DNA of 64,000 nucleotides from the human T2T-CHM13v2.0 reference genome, Homo sapiens. Position 1 is the stretch's first letter; each line of letters opens with the position of its first letter. Shown here piece after piece: positions 13,036 to 26,128 of the stretch. Below the pieces are notes generated by a model that saw only the letters and a program-made list of their open reading frames with translations, was not told the DNA's origin and searched no databases. A program made the translations under genes and the position numbers. The stretch lies in assembly GCF_009914755.1 (NCBI RefSeq), contig NC_060932.1. One strand, 5' to 3'.

Positions 13036-13424
13036 CAGCTCCTGGATAGAAACTGATTCATTTCAATATAAAGCCTCCTCTTCTGCACATTGGAGAATAA
13101 TTTCATGCCGAATAGAATGGAAATAAAGTGGCTAAGCCACTTGGAATAGGGACAAAAGGGGTGCAAATGTGAGCTCTCTCTGATTTGAGCTCAGTGGGGC
13201 AAAACAGAGCTCCCAAGTTAAGCTACCTGGGAGACTTCCAGGCACCAAGAAGTTGCTGGAAGGACTTAGGAAGGCACAGAAAAGCTGTGATCCATGATTC
13301 CCATTTTGGTAAGTAAGTACCCACTTACTTATATGCAGACTCCATCAAGTCTGGAGAATGGAAAAGAGCCAGATCTATATTTGAGCCCATCACTGACATT
13401 TACTAGCTAAATGGCCTTGGCAAG

Positions 13425-14171
13425 TGTTATGGATTGAATTGAGTCCCCAAAAAAGATGCAGTGAAGTCTGAACTCCCAGTACTTTAGAGTGCCACTTTAT
13501 TTGGAAATAGGGTCATTGCAGATATAATTAGTTAAATCAAGATGAGGTAATAATGGAGTAGGGCGGGGCTTTAACCTATGTGACTAGTGGCCTTACAAGA
13601 AATGAAGAAGAAACATGGAGACACATAAGAAAAAGTTGGCCATAGACAGCAGAGGTGGGAGTTGGAGGGATGCATCTAAACATCTAAGGAATCGCAGGGA
13701 TTGCTGGCAAACTCTGGAAACAGGAAGAGGCAGGGAGGGATTCTTTTCCCTTACAGGTTTCAGAGGGAGCACAGCTCTCCTAACACTTTGATTTCAGACT
13801 TCTCACCTTCAGAACCGTGAGCCAATAAATTCCTGGGTTGTTGTTGTTGTTGTTTGGTTTGTTTTGTTTTGTTTTACAATTCCAATCCTTATTTATCAGA
13901 AAATAAAAGCTCTCTCAAGGGTACAAAATAAAATGCAGCTGAGCATGATATACAGACAAGATTTTCCATTTTTACATACAGCAGTTTTTTCCTTGGGACC
14001 AGAGCATTTCAGAGAGGTGTCTTTCTTATTGTGGTCTCTAAGGTATATTTGCGTAACCGAAGATCTGGCCATGGGTGCATCCCTCTAGTCCCTAAAAGGC
14101 AGAGTCTTTCTGTTGTTTTAAGCCACCCAGTTTGTAGTGCTTTGTTACAGCAGCCCCTGGAAACTAATACA
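13425..14171 (+). mobile_element. MLT1C-like MaLR solo LTR, split by a retroposed insert
   Basis: TGTTATGGATTGAATTG...TTGGAAATAGGGTCATTGCAGATATAATTAG...GGAAACTAATACA; 5-bp TSD GCAAG at 13420-13424 and 14172-14176. Confidence 0.9.
13837..14106 (-). pseudogene. 5'-truncated retroposed transcript 3' end; parent gene not identified
   Basis: Decayed poly(A) seen as (GTT)n/(GTTTT)n at 13837-13875; GATAAA and AATAAG 16 and 12 nt before the tail on the minus strand; inserted at a TTTT/AA site with duplicated LTR target sequence; body not recognised as a TE. Confidence 0.6.
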
Positions 14172-14349
14172 GCAAGTGCTGTGAAGGTAGATGCCGTGTT
14201 AGGTACAAGTGCCTCCCACATAGTAGCCTCCCCCAAATCTGCGTCTTCTTCAAGTGTTCATGTGTTCAAAAGGAAGATACAATGCTGACCTTCTATTTTC
14301 TATTAACATGTATATAGAATACATTTTAGAAATTAAAAGTGCTAGAGTG

Positions 14350-14723
<374 letters not shown>

Positions 14724-14956
14724 TCACATCTTATTTCAAAGGGCCCAGGAGATCTGATGTGCAGTCACATTTTGGGAATCACTGTGAGGAGGTAGAGGCT
14801 ATATAGACATCTGAGGAGTACCAGTAACAGTGGGATAGACCACACAGCAAGAAGTAGCAGGTTACCTTAGAAATAATACTAGATTTGGAGTCAAAAGACC
14901 TGGGTTCAAGTCCCAGTTCTTCCATTTCCTGGCTGTGTTTCATTAAGTAAGACATT

Positions 14957-15439
14957 TTCATTAGTTTCCAATGTCTGTTGTAACAAATTAGCACAAATTC
15001 AGTGGCTTAACAGAACATACATTTTATTTCTTGTATTTCTAGAGGTCAGAAGTGTGAAACCATTTACTGGGCTGAGATCAAGATGTCAGCAGGGTTGCTC
15101 ACCTTCTCAAGGCCAGGGAAGAATCTGTTTCTTTGCTTTTTCCAGCTCTAGAACCTCATTCCTTACATTCCTTGGCTCTTGGCCCCGTCTTCTACCTTCT
15201 AAGTTGTCAGTGTACCATCTTGCTTCAGTTGTTCCATTGGCAGCTTCTTCTGTGGTCACATTTTCTTCTGATTCTGTCTTATAAGAACACTTATTATTAC
15301 ATTTAGGACCCGCCCAAATAATCCAGGATAATCTCCCCATCTCAAAATCTGTAATTACATTTTCAAAGTCCCATTTGCCATGTATGGTAACAATCAGAGG
15401 CTCCAGGGATTAGACCTGGATTTCACTGGGCCTACTACA
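14957..15439 (-). mobile_element. MLT1D-like MaLR LTR inserted in a MIR
   Basis: GTAACAAATTAGCACAAATTCAGTGGCTTAAC...ATAATCCAGGATAATCTCCCCATCTCAAAAT; MIR halves at ~14860-14955 and ~15440-15570. Confidence 0.85.
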
Positions 15440-16629
15440 ACCTGAACCTCTCTGAGCTTCAGTTTCCTTAAAACTGGGATAATGACGCTTACCTGTTAGG
15501 ATTGCTGGTATGAGTACATCGAGTGATACATTTGAAAGCATCTAGCACAGGGTGCGGAAAATAGAAGCTGAACAGTATATACTAGTTAGCCTCTGGGAAT
15601 CTTCTTGCATGGCATGTAGGTAGGGGTTGTGTGAACACACACCCTTGGTAAATCCCCTTGCCATGATGCTCCTTTCATAACTTGTACATCCCCACCTGCT
15701 TCAGCTAGGGAAAGATGCTCTTGGTTTAAGAATAGCATTCAATTTCCAACACACACCCAATAGGACTATGTGACAAACCAGATTCTTCTTTCTCTGAGTC
15801 TTGTGTGAAACGGATCTTGCAGTTTTATTTTATCAAATAGAAATTGCTTTATCTTTTATTGCTCTTTCAACCTTTAGGGAAACATAGTGCTATTTTTTTT
15901 AATTCTCAAAACCTTTTAAGATGAATCTGCCAGAAGATACCCATGGCTTCAAATAACTCTCCAACACCAGGCCCCTTTCTTTTAACAGTTCCTATTTTTC
16001 TCTTTTTCTCTCTGTCATAAATCTTCATTCCCTTTGTTTATTCCTGATTCATTCAGGTAGACACACTTTTCATACTGCATTCTTGAACCAGAGTTGTGTT
16101 GTTAACCTGTTTTAATTAGATCCCTGCTTAGAAATTTTAGAAGGCACATAAAATCCCATTTTTTTTTTCCTTTTAAAATTTTATTTTTCTTGCTTTCAGC
16201 TGGGATTGCAGCAAATACTCTCTATCTATCAAGGTTGACAGGTCAATTGTGAGAACCTTTCCACCAAGTCTCTGTAAAAATACCATGTGTGAAGACTTTC
16301 AAAGAGAATTCCTCAAAACTCAAATCAGCTTGATGCACTGGCTAATGCAGCTGGTAGTGCAGAAGGGGAAAAGGAAGATGCAGCCACAGGGGCCTATGCT
16401 TGATCGTTCAGTGAAGCTGTGTTCCGCGGTTGTTCTGCAGTTTCCTAACTAACCGTGTGACCTTGGGCAAGTAACTTAGCCTTTCATTTTCTCAGGTTCC
16501 ACATCAATAAATGCAGGTAAATTCACTTTCCACAATGTTGTTGTGAAACTTAAACTAAGTAATAGATGTAGAGTACCTGGCACAATTCCAGAGATGCACA
16601 TGTATGCACATATCTCTCTCTGTGTCATC

Positions 16630-16905
16630 TGTCCATCTCTTCATCCATCTATCTATCTGCCTATCTATCTATCCATCCAACCATTTACCCATCTATCTAA
16701 CTACCTACCTGCCCATCCATCCATCCATCCATCCATCCATCCATCCATCCATCCATCCATCCACCTACTTGCCCATCCATCCATCCATCCATCCATCCAC
16801 CCACCCACCTACCTGCTTATCCATCCATCTATCCCTCTACCTACCTGCCTATACACTATCCATCCATTCATCCATCCATCCATCCATCCATCCATCTATT
16901 CGTTT
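16630..16905 (+). repeat. (CCAT)n/(CTAT)n compound tetranucleotide repeat
   Basis: Direct inspection. Confidence 0.95.
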
Positions 16906-17167
16906 ACCTATTTATACAGATAGATAGATGTAGATATAATATAAACAGCTATGGCTATAGACATAAATGTAGATAAATGTTTTCTTCCACCATAGAAATA
17001 GGTAAATCATTTAAAGACATATTAATGTACTCATCAATCACTCATTTACTCATTCATTCTCTAAACATTTATTGAGCCTTCATTGTGATCTAGGCTGATG
17101 CTCAGGGATGTAAACAGGGCTACAATTTTGGCTTTTCTTTTCTGGCAAGCACTGCTAGTTGCCCACT

Positions 17168-17600
17168 GTAGCAGATGCTGTTAGTGCCACACCCATATCT
17201 CATCCCACTTATCTTTCTTGTTCATGTCAGCCTCACTTCCAACTGCCAGCATCTGCATCTCTTTTCCAGAGGGATTTTCCTTGCTCCTGGAACCCATTTT
17301 GCTGCTGGCATGGCAGGAAAAGCACCAGGGAATTGGCATGCCTCTGGGAGTTGTTGTCAACCAATGACTGACAAGAGCTGGTGTATCAATGCCCCAGCTC
17401 CCTCAGCACTTGCGTGAGATAACTACTCTGAGGTGCGATGTTTAACAGGACTTCCAGAGTTCTCCAGAGGGATAACTGCATTATGCATAGTGGTAGATGA
17501 ATAGATAACACAACCTGTATTGCCTGTCTTTCCTTCCCTGTCTCTCTTCCCTACTTCCCTACTATTGATTTGTTAGCAATCAAATTCTGCCCCAAGGTTG
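17168..17600 (+). mobile_element. LTR33-like ERVL solo LTR
   Basis: TGTAGCAGATGCTGTTAGTGCCACACCCATATC...AACCAATGACTGAC...CCCCAGCTCCCTC...GATAACACAACC...CCTTCCCTGTCTC. Confidence 0.75.
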
Positions 17601-18899
17601 GTGCCTGGCTACCTTCCACTAGTTGACCCCTGGCGATTAAGCTTCAGCCGTTCAGATGATGCCAATGTGCTAGGAGAAAAAGAGTCACAGAATGAAAGGA
17701 ACCTGGGTGCCTGAATGACCTGGGGGCAAAGGCTGCCTGTATCCATGGGCTGCTCATCTCAGAACTGCTATGTGAGAGAGAAACAGAGGTATAGTTCTTT
17801 AAGACATATGCCATCAGGTCTGTTTGATACAGCAGCTGATGCTTTTAACTTAATTAGTACATCCTCTAGGAGATTTCAGTCTAGATGGGGAGAAAAAAGA
17901 TGATGATATAAATTGTGCTCAATAAATGCTAAAATAATAGTGTGTATAGGTTTTCAGAAAAGCTTATGTTTCTTTCTTTCACACATTATCTCAGATAATC
18001 ATCCTGTAGCTCTATGGGGTGGGTGATTAGCTCCATTTCACAAATGTCTACTTTCTAAGCCCCTGAGAAACAGAAATTCTTTCTGTCCTTGAATGTGCCA
18101 TTTCCTTTTGTTTCTAGGCCTTCTATCTGGCCTGACCTTCTGTGACTACTGTTAACTCCACCCCCTGTGCAGCCTCTAGCTGACCACATGGATCCTCAGG
18201 TCTCAGTATATTTGAACATCTTAAAGAGTCTTTGCTGATCCCAGGAGAGGTCAGCTTTCCTGATTCGGGATTCACAGAGCAGTTTGGTGACATTCATCAC
18301 GCTTGTCTTACCTGTTTGACGAATTGCATCTGTCTTGCTCACTGTTTCTTATAGAAAATTTTTTTATTAATTGAGCTCAGAGAGGCAAAGAGATTTAATC
18401 AAGTTACAAGAGGTAACTTAGAACACTGCCTGGCACACAGGGAGATTGTTAGCTACTATTATATTTGTTGGTATCATCAAAGCAACACTGCTAGAACAGA
18501 GCAGGGCCAGAACTCAAATTTCATTTCTCTCCTCCTATTGATTCCCAGACTGAGCAGGAGGAAACCCTCCATTCTGCTTCTCTCATCTCCCTCTCCTGAC
18601 ACTGGTCATATCTGCCTCTCAAGGATGCTGTATGTGTCTGTGTCTTAATTCCTCTGTTAAATGTGAGCTCAGAACAGGGGCTGTGTCTTATTTGTCTTTC
18701 TATCCCAGGACAGGTGTTCAGTAAATGTATGTGGAAGGATGAGAGAGGGGAAAGAAATTAGTGGAAATGGAGGAAAAGAAGCAGAGGGAGGTGTTAATGA
18801 TTGGACATTGGTTCCCGAGGTGCCATTTCTCCAAGTTAATGAAAGTTCTCCATATAGGATTTTCAAGTCCTTTCCCACTTTAATTCAACAAACTGCAGT

Positions 18900-19130
18900 G
18901 TTGCTGACAGCATGGCAGAGTGAAAAAGGGAAGACTTTGGAGCTAACAGGCCTGGGTTCAAATCTTAGCTATTCTACTTCCAGCTGTGTGACCTCAACCT
19001 CTCTATGCCTCAATCCTCACATAGTGAAATGAATAACCATAATGTAATTATGGTAGCTAGATGACGTATTTTTGTAAAACACGTAGCTTGGAGCCTGGAA
19101 CACAGGATGTACTCAATAAATGGTCATAAT
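18900..19130 (+). mobile_element. MIR SINE
   Basis: GACTTTGGAGC..CAGGCCTGGGTTCAAATC...CAGCTGTGTGACC...CCTGGAACACAG..TACTCAATAAATGG. Confidence 0.75.
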
Positions 19131-19248
19131 TAGTACTTTAGTACTTTTTTGAGCCCCCACTATATGAGTGGCACCATAAGGGCTGTAGCATGAACAGGGC
19201 TGAGACCCTGGGAGAGCAGGCAAGTGGCAGGTTTGTGCCACATTGCAG

Positions 19249-20036
<788 letters not shown>

Positions 20037-20934
20037 TTTTTTTTTTTTTTCATACTAGCATATTACAGTGGTTAAAAGTACTAGCTCTGGAGTAACATGG
20101 ACATTGGTTCTGATTCCAACACTGTCACTTGCCAGCTCTGTGACATACCGCATCAGCAGTCACTTTAACACTAATAAGTTTACAGTCTTCATTTATCGAA
20201 TGAATCCAATAACAACCAGCACTGAGTTATTATTAGAAACAAATTAGATAATGCCCAGTATCAGGTTTTGCTGTATGACAAACCACACACAATTGAATGG
20301 TTTAAAACAACATCCATTTATTTATTTCTCAATCATGCCAGACAGTTCTTTTACCTCAAGGTTGTTAATAGGATTACATGAAATAATGTAAGTCATATAA
20401 TATAAGACTGCAAAAAGTAAATTCTGCATTGTATAGACTGTAGCTATTGAGATGATAACAGAATGAGCCCTAGACGAAGAGTCTGGTCTCTGACACTTAT
20501 AAGCAGTGTGACCTGGGGCAAATTATCTCAGCGCTCTGTGTCTTAGTTGTCTCATAAGTTGAGTGTGAATGAGAAAGGGATACCTGTCTCACAGGGGTGG
20601 GAGACTTAAAAGAGGCAGTGTAAGCAAATGGCAACATGATACCAAAGCTTCCATGGTTATAAGGAGAGGCCCAGAGTGGGTGTCAGGAGGCCTGTGTTGG
20701 ATGCTCTGTCTGCCATAATAAGCTGGTTCACCCTGGGGAAAGCCCTTCTTTTAGAGCCTCAGGGGCCTCTAACAAAACAAGAGATTTGGACTCAGTTGTC
20801 TCTAACTGAACCCGAGATACTCCTCCCATGGAGTTGGCCACACTGTAACCTGCAATGAGAGTGCCTTTGGTCCCATCCCATCTCCGTCCTCTTCCCAATT
20901 CTCAAGGATGAGATGCTATAGTCCTTCTTTGGCA

Positions 20935-21022
20935 GGGTGACCAACTTGTCTCTCTCTGCCCAGGGCTTTCCTGGTTTTAGTAATGAAAAGTCCTGTATCC
21001 TGGGAAACCCCTAGTTCCCAGG
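20935..21022 (+). mobile_element. MER81/MER94-like hAT-Blackjack MITE fragment
   Basis: CAGGGTGACCAAC...CTGGTTTTAG...AAAGTCCTGTATCCTGGGAAACCCC. Confidence 0.65.
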
Positions 21023-22464
21023 CTCCTGGAGTCTGAGGGCATGGAGAGCAAGCAGTCCCCTTGGAGATGCCCGTCCAATTCTGAATCAATGAGGGAAGAC
21101 TGAGGGAGACATGAGGCCGGAGTCTGTTCAATGGCGTATGACCCAGGCTGATTCTGAACTTCATAAGGAACACAGTGAGGAGACTACTGGGCTGAGTCAG
21201 CCAGGACCATCCTACTTAGAAGCAACTTCCTGAGACACAGTGCTATGCTCTGTAAAAAGCCCAAAGTTGGAGTCAGCCAGACCCACGCCCAGGTTAAAAG
21301 GGTATTTGTGTGACCCCAGAAGAATCACAAAACCTCTCTATAGATCAGGAATAATGACTTGCCTCTGCCTGCCTTTGTTGGAGGTTGATATATGAGGATC
21401 ACATGCACAGGAAAATGCTTTGCAAACTGCAAAGAATGCAGAAATGATAATACTGACTTATTTTTTAGATAACTCAGGAAACATGTTTAAGTGGGAGTTG
21501 GGTGAGAGGTTTCAGGGCTGTTTGTTTGTTACACTATCGACTTTAGTTTAGAAAACATAAACTAAGACACATAAGATCAAACAGGAGACAGTAGAAGCCT
21601 GGTGACAAGAGAGATCCTAATCTCAGAGAGAGGAAAAAATCTAAATCCAAATGAGAAACAAATTCCAGTTAACGAAAAGGCTGCCAGTTATTTACTCAGG
21701 CTGTCAATGTAGCTTATCCAAGAACCAGGGCCAGATACGCCTTAGAACAAGGGTACAGGCATTGCGGTGAAACACACTTAAAAACACCTTTGCTATTTAT
21801 TTACATGGCCAATAAGCAGCAGAGAAATCGATTTTACTCTAACCTGCAAGGGCTCACTGATGTTATCCTATAGTATTCACAGAGGGAAATCTGAACAGGC
21901 CGTTGGAGATCACCCAGGGCAGGTGTGTGCTGCCATTACCCCATCCTGTGCCATACACAGGACATTTCTGGCCTGCATTGTCTAGACTGAGCCCCAGAAT
22001 CCTTCTTAACATACCCAAGCTTTCATTTTTTCACATAAGCAAACAGGCCCAGCAAGCTTGTATGACTTAATCAAGCATTGTTTTCTCTCATGTAAGCTAT
22101 GAGAAGAAAAGGATCAAAGGAAAACATTAAAAATAACACAATATAGATTGATTATACTCTACAGTTAGTTTAATTAAAACAATTCTGTCAGAAAAGCATT
22201 AACTTTCCATCGCTGTTAATAAATATACAAATTTACATTTATGTGACCTAGTTTAATCAGACTACATTCCATTTTCCCTTCTGCTCGCTTTACTCACCAT
22301 CATTCAATGCATGCAATTGTGTGGTTACTCTAGAGAATTTGTATTTTGACAGCTGTCTATGAGTTCATTACCTTGAGATATCAGACTTGGCTCTACGGTC
22401 ATCCTCTTCAAAGTCGGCGACTGTAAACTGCATGGCTTGTGAGCAACTTTGTACAAATGGCTTC

Positions 22465-22846
22465 TATATTAGTTAGCTCAGGCTGCCAAAACAAAGTCCT
22501 ACAGACAGAGGTGACCTAAACAACCGAAATTTATTTTCTCACCATCTTAGAGGCCAGAAGTTTGTGACCCACATGTCAGCAGGGTAGGTTTTCTCAGAAG
22601 TGTTTCTGCTTAGTTTGTAGGTGGCCATCAGTTCCCTGTGTCTTCAGGTGACCTTTACCCTATGCTTACCTGTGTCCAAGTCTCCCCTTCTTATAAGAAC
22701 AGCAGTCATATCGGGTTAGCACCCACCCATATAGCCACACTTTGGCTTAATTGCCTTTTTAGAGACTCTATCTCTAGATAAGGTCACATTCTAGGTACCG
22801 GAGGTAAAGATCTCAATGCGTGAATTAAGGATGGGGGCAGAATTCC
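22465..22846 (-). mobile_element. MLT1B-like MaLR LTR
   Basis: ATTAGTTAGCTCAGGCTGCCAAAACAAAG...TCTTATAAGAACAGCAGTCATATCGGGTTAG...AAGGTCACATTCTAGGTAC. Confidence 0.85.
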
Positions 22847-23220
22847 ACCTGGAGCAGCTTCTTTTCCATCTGGGCTTCATCTCTGGGTTTCTAGACCTAG
22901 AGCAGGCGTCATCCGCTTCTTGCTTGCAGCCTCGTGCTCTCTGCCTGTTGGCGCCTCTGTGACATGACCTAGAGATACATATATCCAGTGGCCAACCCCT
23001 GCCTTTGGAGCTATAGGAAACAATGGGAAAGTGCCTGTAGAGAAATCTCTTCCTTCCCACTGCAGTAGACCATTCCAAGACACAGTGTCCAGGCACATCC
23101 CACACAGCCAAGAATCCTGCTGCATATTTTTGGGAAACTACAACTACCTCAGTAATGGGCCACTTTGTACCTTCCTATCTTCCTTCCCTACCTCTCTGCC
23201 CTCTTTCCTGCTGTATTGAC

Positions 23221-23751
23221 TGTGTGTTTCTAATGCTTTGAAATCTGCGGTTTTACTGACCCTGGAGAGGCTGCCCCTCCCAGGACTTCTCAATTCTTAG
23301 AGGAAGCAAGTGACTCACCTGCAAGGGGGCCTTTCCCATGCAAACCTTCCAATCCAGAGCCCACACCCAACACCCCTTCTAATGAGTTCTTACCATTCAG
23401 GCTGTTATTCATTCACCTTGCCCTAATTACCCTAGGGCCCGGTACCAGACCACTAGAGAGCCCCTACACTCCAGAGCCTGCTGAAATTATTCAAACCAGC
23501 CAATCTTAAACCTGTTTACCTTGCTTCACTTATTCCATTCCTTCTCACAGAACCTACAACAAAGGCATTTGTCCCCCAACCTTCCCCCACCACCAACTTC
23601 CTGACCAACCCTGCTGCTTCCCTGTGTGGCCCTATGTGGCATGGCCTGTACCCTCCTCTTGGGACCTGTAACAATCTTTTCAATGACAGTCATTTTCTGA
23701 TCTGTTGGCCTCACTATACCCGAATAATAATCAAACCTACACTGTAAAACA
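23221..23751 (+). mobile_element. ERVL-class solo LTR (MER54-like)
   Basis: TG...CA termini; ACTGACCCTGGAGAGGCTGCCCCTCCCAGG...CTGATCTGTTGGCCTCAC...AAAACA; family assignment from memory. Confidence 0.65.
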
Positions 23752-24284
23752 ACTACTTCTTACTATCCTAGGATTTTATCTCCAAGTAAATATTAACACA
23801 CCAGATGTGCCTCAGGCTCTATTTTTCTAGGATGACTGGGCTAAGGTATTACCCATAGGGAAAAAAGACATAGCTTCATTGCTGGCCCGCGAAGTTCCAG
23901 CCAATGTACTCAGACCATCGTTTATTTAATTTCATTTGAAGTAATCCAAAGTAATTTACAAGTCAAAAAGAAATCGTTTTATAGGTGTCATTGCCTATTG
24001 CCTTTCTCCAGAAAGATCAAGCAATGTAAAACTCATGTTTCTTTCTATCCCTGACAACATTTGTTTGCTGTTGTTTATTCAATAGAAGTTCACTAGAAAA
24101 TTAGAAGTGGCTTTTATTTAATGTTACTTTAATTGCTATGAAACTATGCATTTTACACAAGCATTTTTCATTGTTGTTTTACTACAAAGAAATACATTGG
24201 GTATAAACTTCCAGCCTCGGATCTGGTGGCACAGCAGACTTACAGGACTTACCTAGCTGTTGTAGTGGAGTCAGCACTGAGAAC

Positions 24285-24435
24285 TTACTGACCCCGGAGA
24301 GACTGCCCCTCCCAGGACTTCTCAATTCCTAAAGGAAGCAAGTGACTTACCTTCAAGGGGGCCTTTCCCATGCAAACCATCCAGTCCAGAGCCCACATCC
24401 ACCACCTCTTCTAATGAGTTCTTACAATTTGGCTG
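24285..24435 (+). repeat. Dispersed direct copy of 23253-23393 (LTR fragment)
   Basis: 130/141 identity over 24285-24425, no gaps; CTGAGAACT repeated on both sides. Confidence 0.95.
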
Positions 24436-25329
24436 AGAACTGGTCTCAGTCAAAAAAGAGTTAACTTTCCATCACTCTTTATAAACATACTATCTCCACT
24501 AGAGATAGTGGAGGCCCAAATTCCTGACCTTCTTGGAAGGGGATATATCAGGCTGCGAGACCCTCTGATTTGGAGGCTGTACACCCAGCTACCAGGCCTT
24601 TTGGTGTGGCAAAGCTGCTGCAATCTTACCACTTCTCCTCCTGAGCTGCATCTCTAGACCAGGGTCTCCTTTAACCATGCTGACTTTACGCACAACCTGG
24701 GACGTCAATCCAACTGGGGGCCTTTGAACTTCCCCTTTAGAAAAATAATGCTTGTTGGTAAAGCACTTTGAGATTCTTCCAAGAAACCCAGATTCTTGAG
24801 ACAAGGTGTTATTATTTAGTTGATGAGAAACAAATACCCACCTAATAACCATAATTATATTGTCAAAACTGTTTAAAATATTCACCCTGCTGAGATGACA
24901 GTGATGTCAGGGAGTTTTGTGACTAGTAAACTGGAACATTATCATGAAATTAAAAAAGAAAAGTTACATTACAAAGTAATTCATTGGAATGATTTGATAT
25001 TTCAAGGATAACCACCAAGCAATTTCAGGAACATGTAATTATTTTTTCACTTGCTATTTTGTGGTGCATTACTCAGTAGCTGTGTGGTTGACTGTGCCTT
25101 ATAAAATAGAAGAATAAGAAACAACAAGTCATTAACAGCTCATAGTCTAGGTGGGAATACAGCTTGGATTTTCTTGAGCTTCTCCTCCTTTTGGAACTAG
25201 GAAACACATGTGGTGACAGCATTCTGTAATCTCTCATACCAGAAGCCCATGGAACATGGCCGCATATAGCCAGGCTCAGTAGATGCTGACGTGCTAGTGG
25301 TGTCCTCATTATTTGGTGTATTCGCTAGT

Positions 25330-25710
25330 CTCTGTGCTGTTGCACATGCTATTTTTGTTGCTGAAATCCCACTTTTCCCTCTGACAAACACTTAATTACT
25401 TGATACTCTTCCAAGCTTTATGCCATCTGCAAATTTAATTTCTATCATCCATGTCTTCATCAAAGTCAGCCTTGGTACAGTCACTTCAATTCTCTTTCTG
25501 TCTATACTGTCAACACCTCCCTGCTGTCCAAGGATTAACAATCCAAGGAAAATCTCCTCTGCAAAGCCTTCTCTGACTTTCCGGGGTTGATTTAGATATT
25601 CCTTCCATGGTATATCACTGTACCATATACACACTCCCATTTTAGATTTACCGCATTGAATAGAAATGGTCTATTCCCCTACCATATAGCAAGTTCCTTG
25701 AGGGAAGTGG
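25330..25710 (+). mobile_element. L2 3' fragment interrupted by an inverted copy
   Basis: CTCTGTGCTGTTGCACATGCT...[insert]...CTCCTCTGCAAAGCCTTCTCTGAC...GCAAGTTCCTTGAGGG. Confidence 0.65.
25394..25523 (-). repeat. Inverted repeat arm A (reverse complement of 27086-27215)
   Basis: 118/130 identity, no gaps; the ORF track shows near-identical peptides on opposite strands. Confidence 0.97.
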
Positions 25711-26046
25711 TTGCCTGCCTTCCTGCCTGACTGCCATGAGCAGAAATTGACTAAGCCCCCATATGGGTTGGGCACTGTGCTAGGCACTGGAGATACAGTG
25801 GAGATAAAACTAGATATGCCTCCTGCCCTCAGGGAGCTTCTGATTTCATGACATTTTATTTGACATTGCAGTCTGAGCTTCTGGAACAAAGCCTTTTTAA
25901 TAAATGTTCAAGGAACAAATGACAAAAAGATGAAAGAAAGGAAGATGGAGGGAGGAGAGGAAGAGGGAAGAGCTTAGAAGGATCTTCACAGGAAGGATAT
26001 CAGTAGAATATGAAATGTGACTTCACATTCTGAAGAAGAATGGCCA

Positions 26047-26128
26047 TATAGAAGACCATCTCTACTTCAGTTGCTCAGGTGGCAGAATGTAGAAGACCAT
26101 CTCTACTCCAGTTGCTCAGGTGGCAGAA
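26047..26128 (+). repeat. 41-bp tandem duplication (2 copies) in an L3/MIR3-like 3' fragment
   Basis: TATAGAAGACCATCTCTACTTCAGTTGCTCAGGTGGCAGAA versus TGTAGAAGACCATCTCTACTCCAGTTGCTCAGGTGGCAGAA, 39/41. Confidence 0.95.

Noticed and set aside
13310-13331. Hairpin TAAGTAAGT-ACCC-ACTTACTTA
   Set aside because: A 9-bp low-complexity stem is expected by chance in 64 kb.
16543-16927. HPSI-repeat ORFs, and K/E/R- or F/S/L-rich ORFs at 36702-37091 and 50033-50332
   Set aside because: They are translations of microsatellite or low-complexity tracts.
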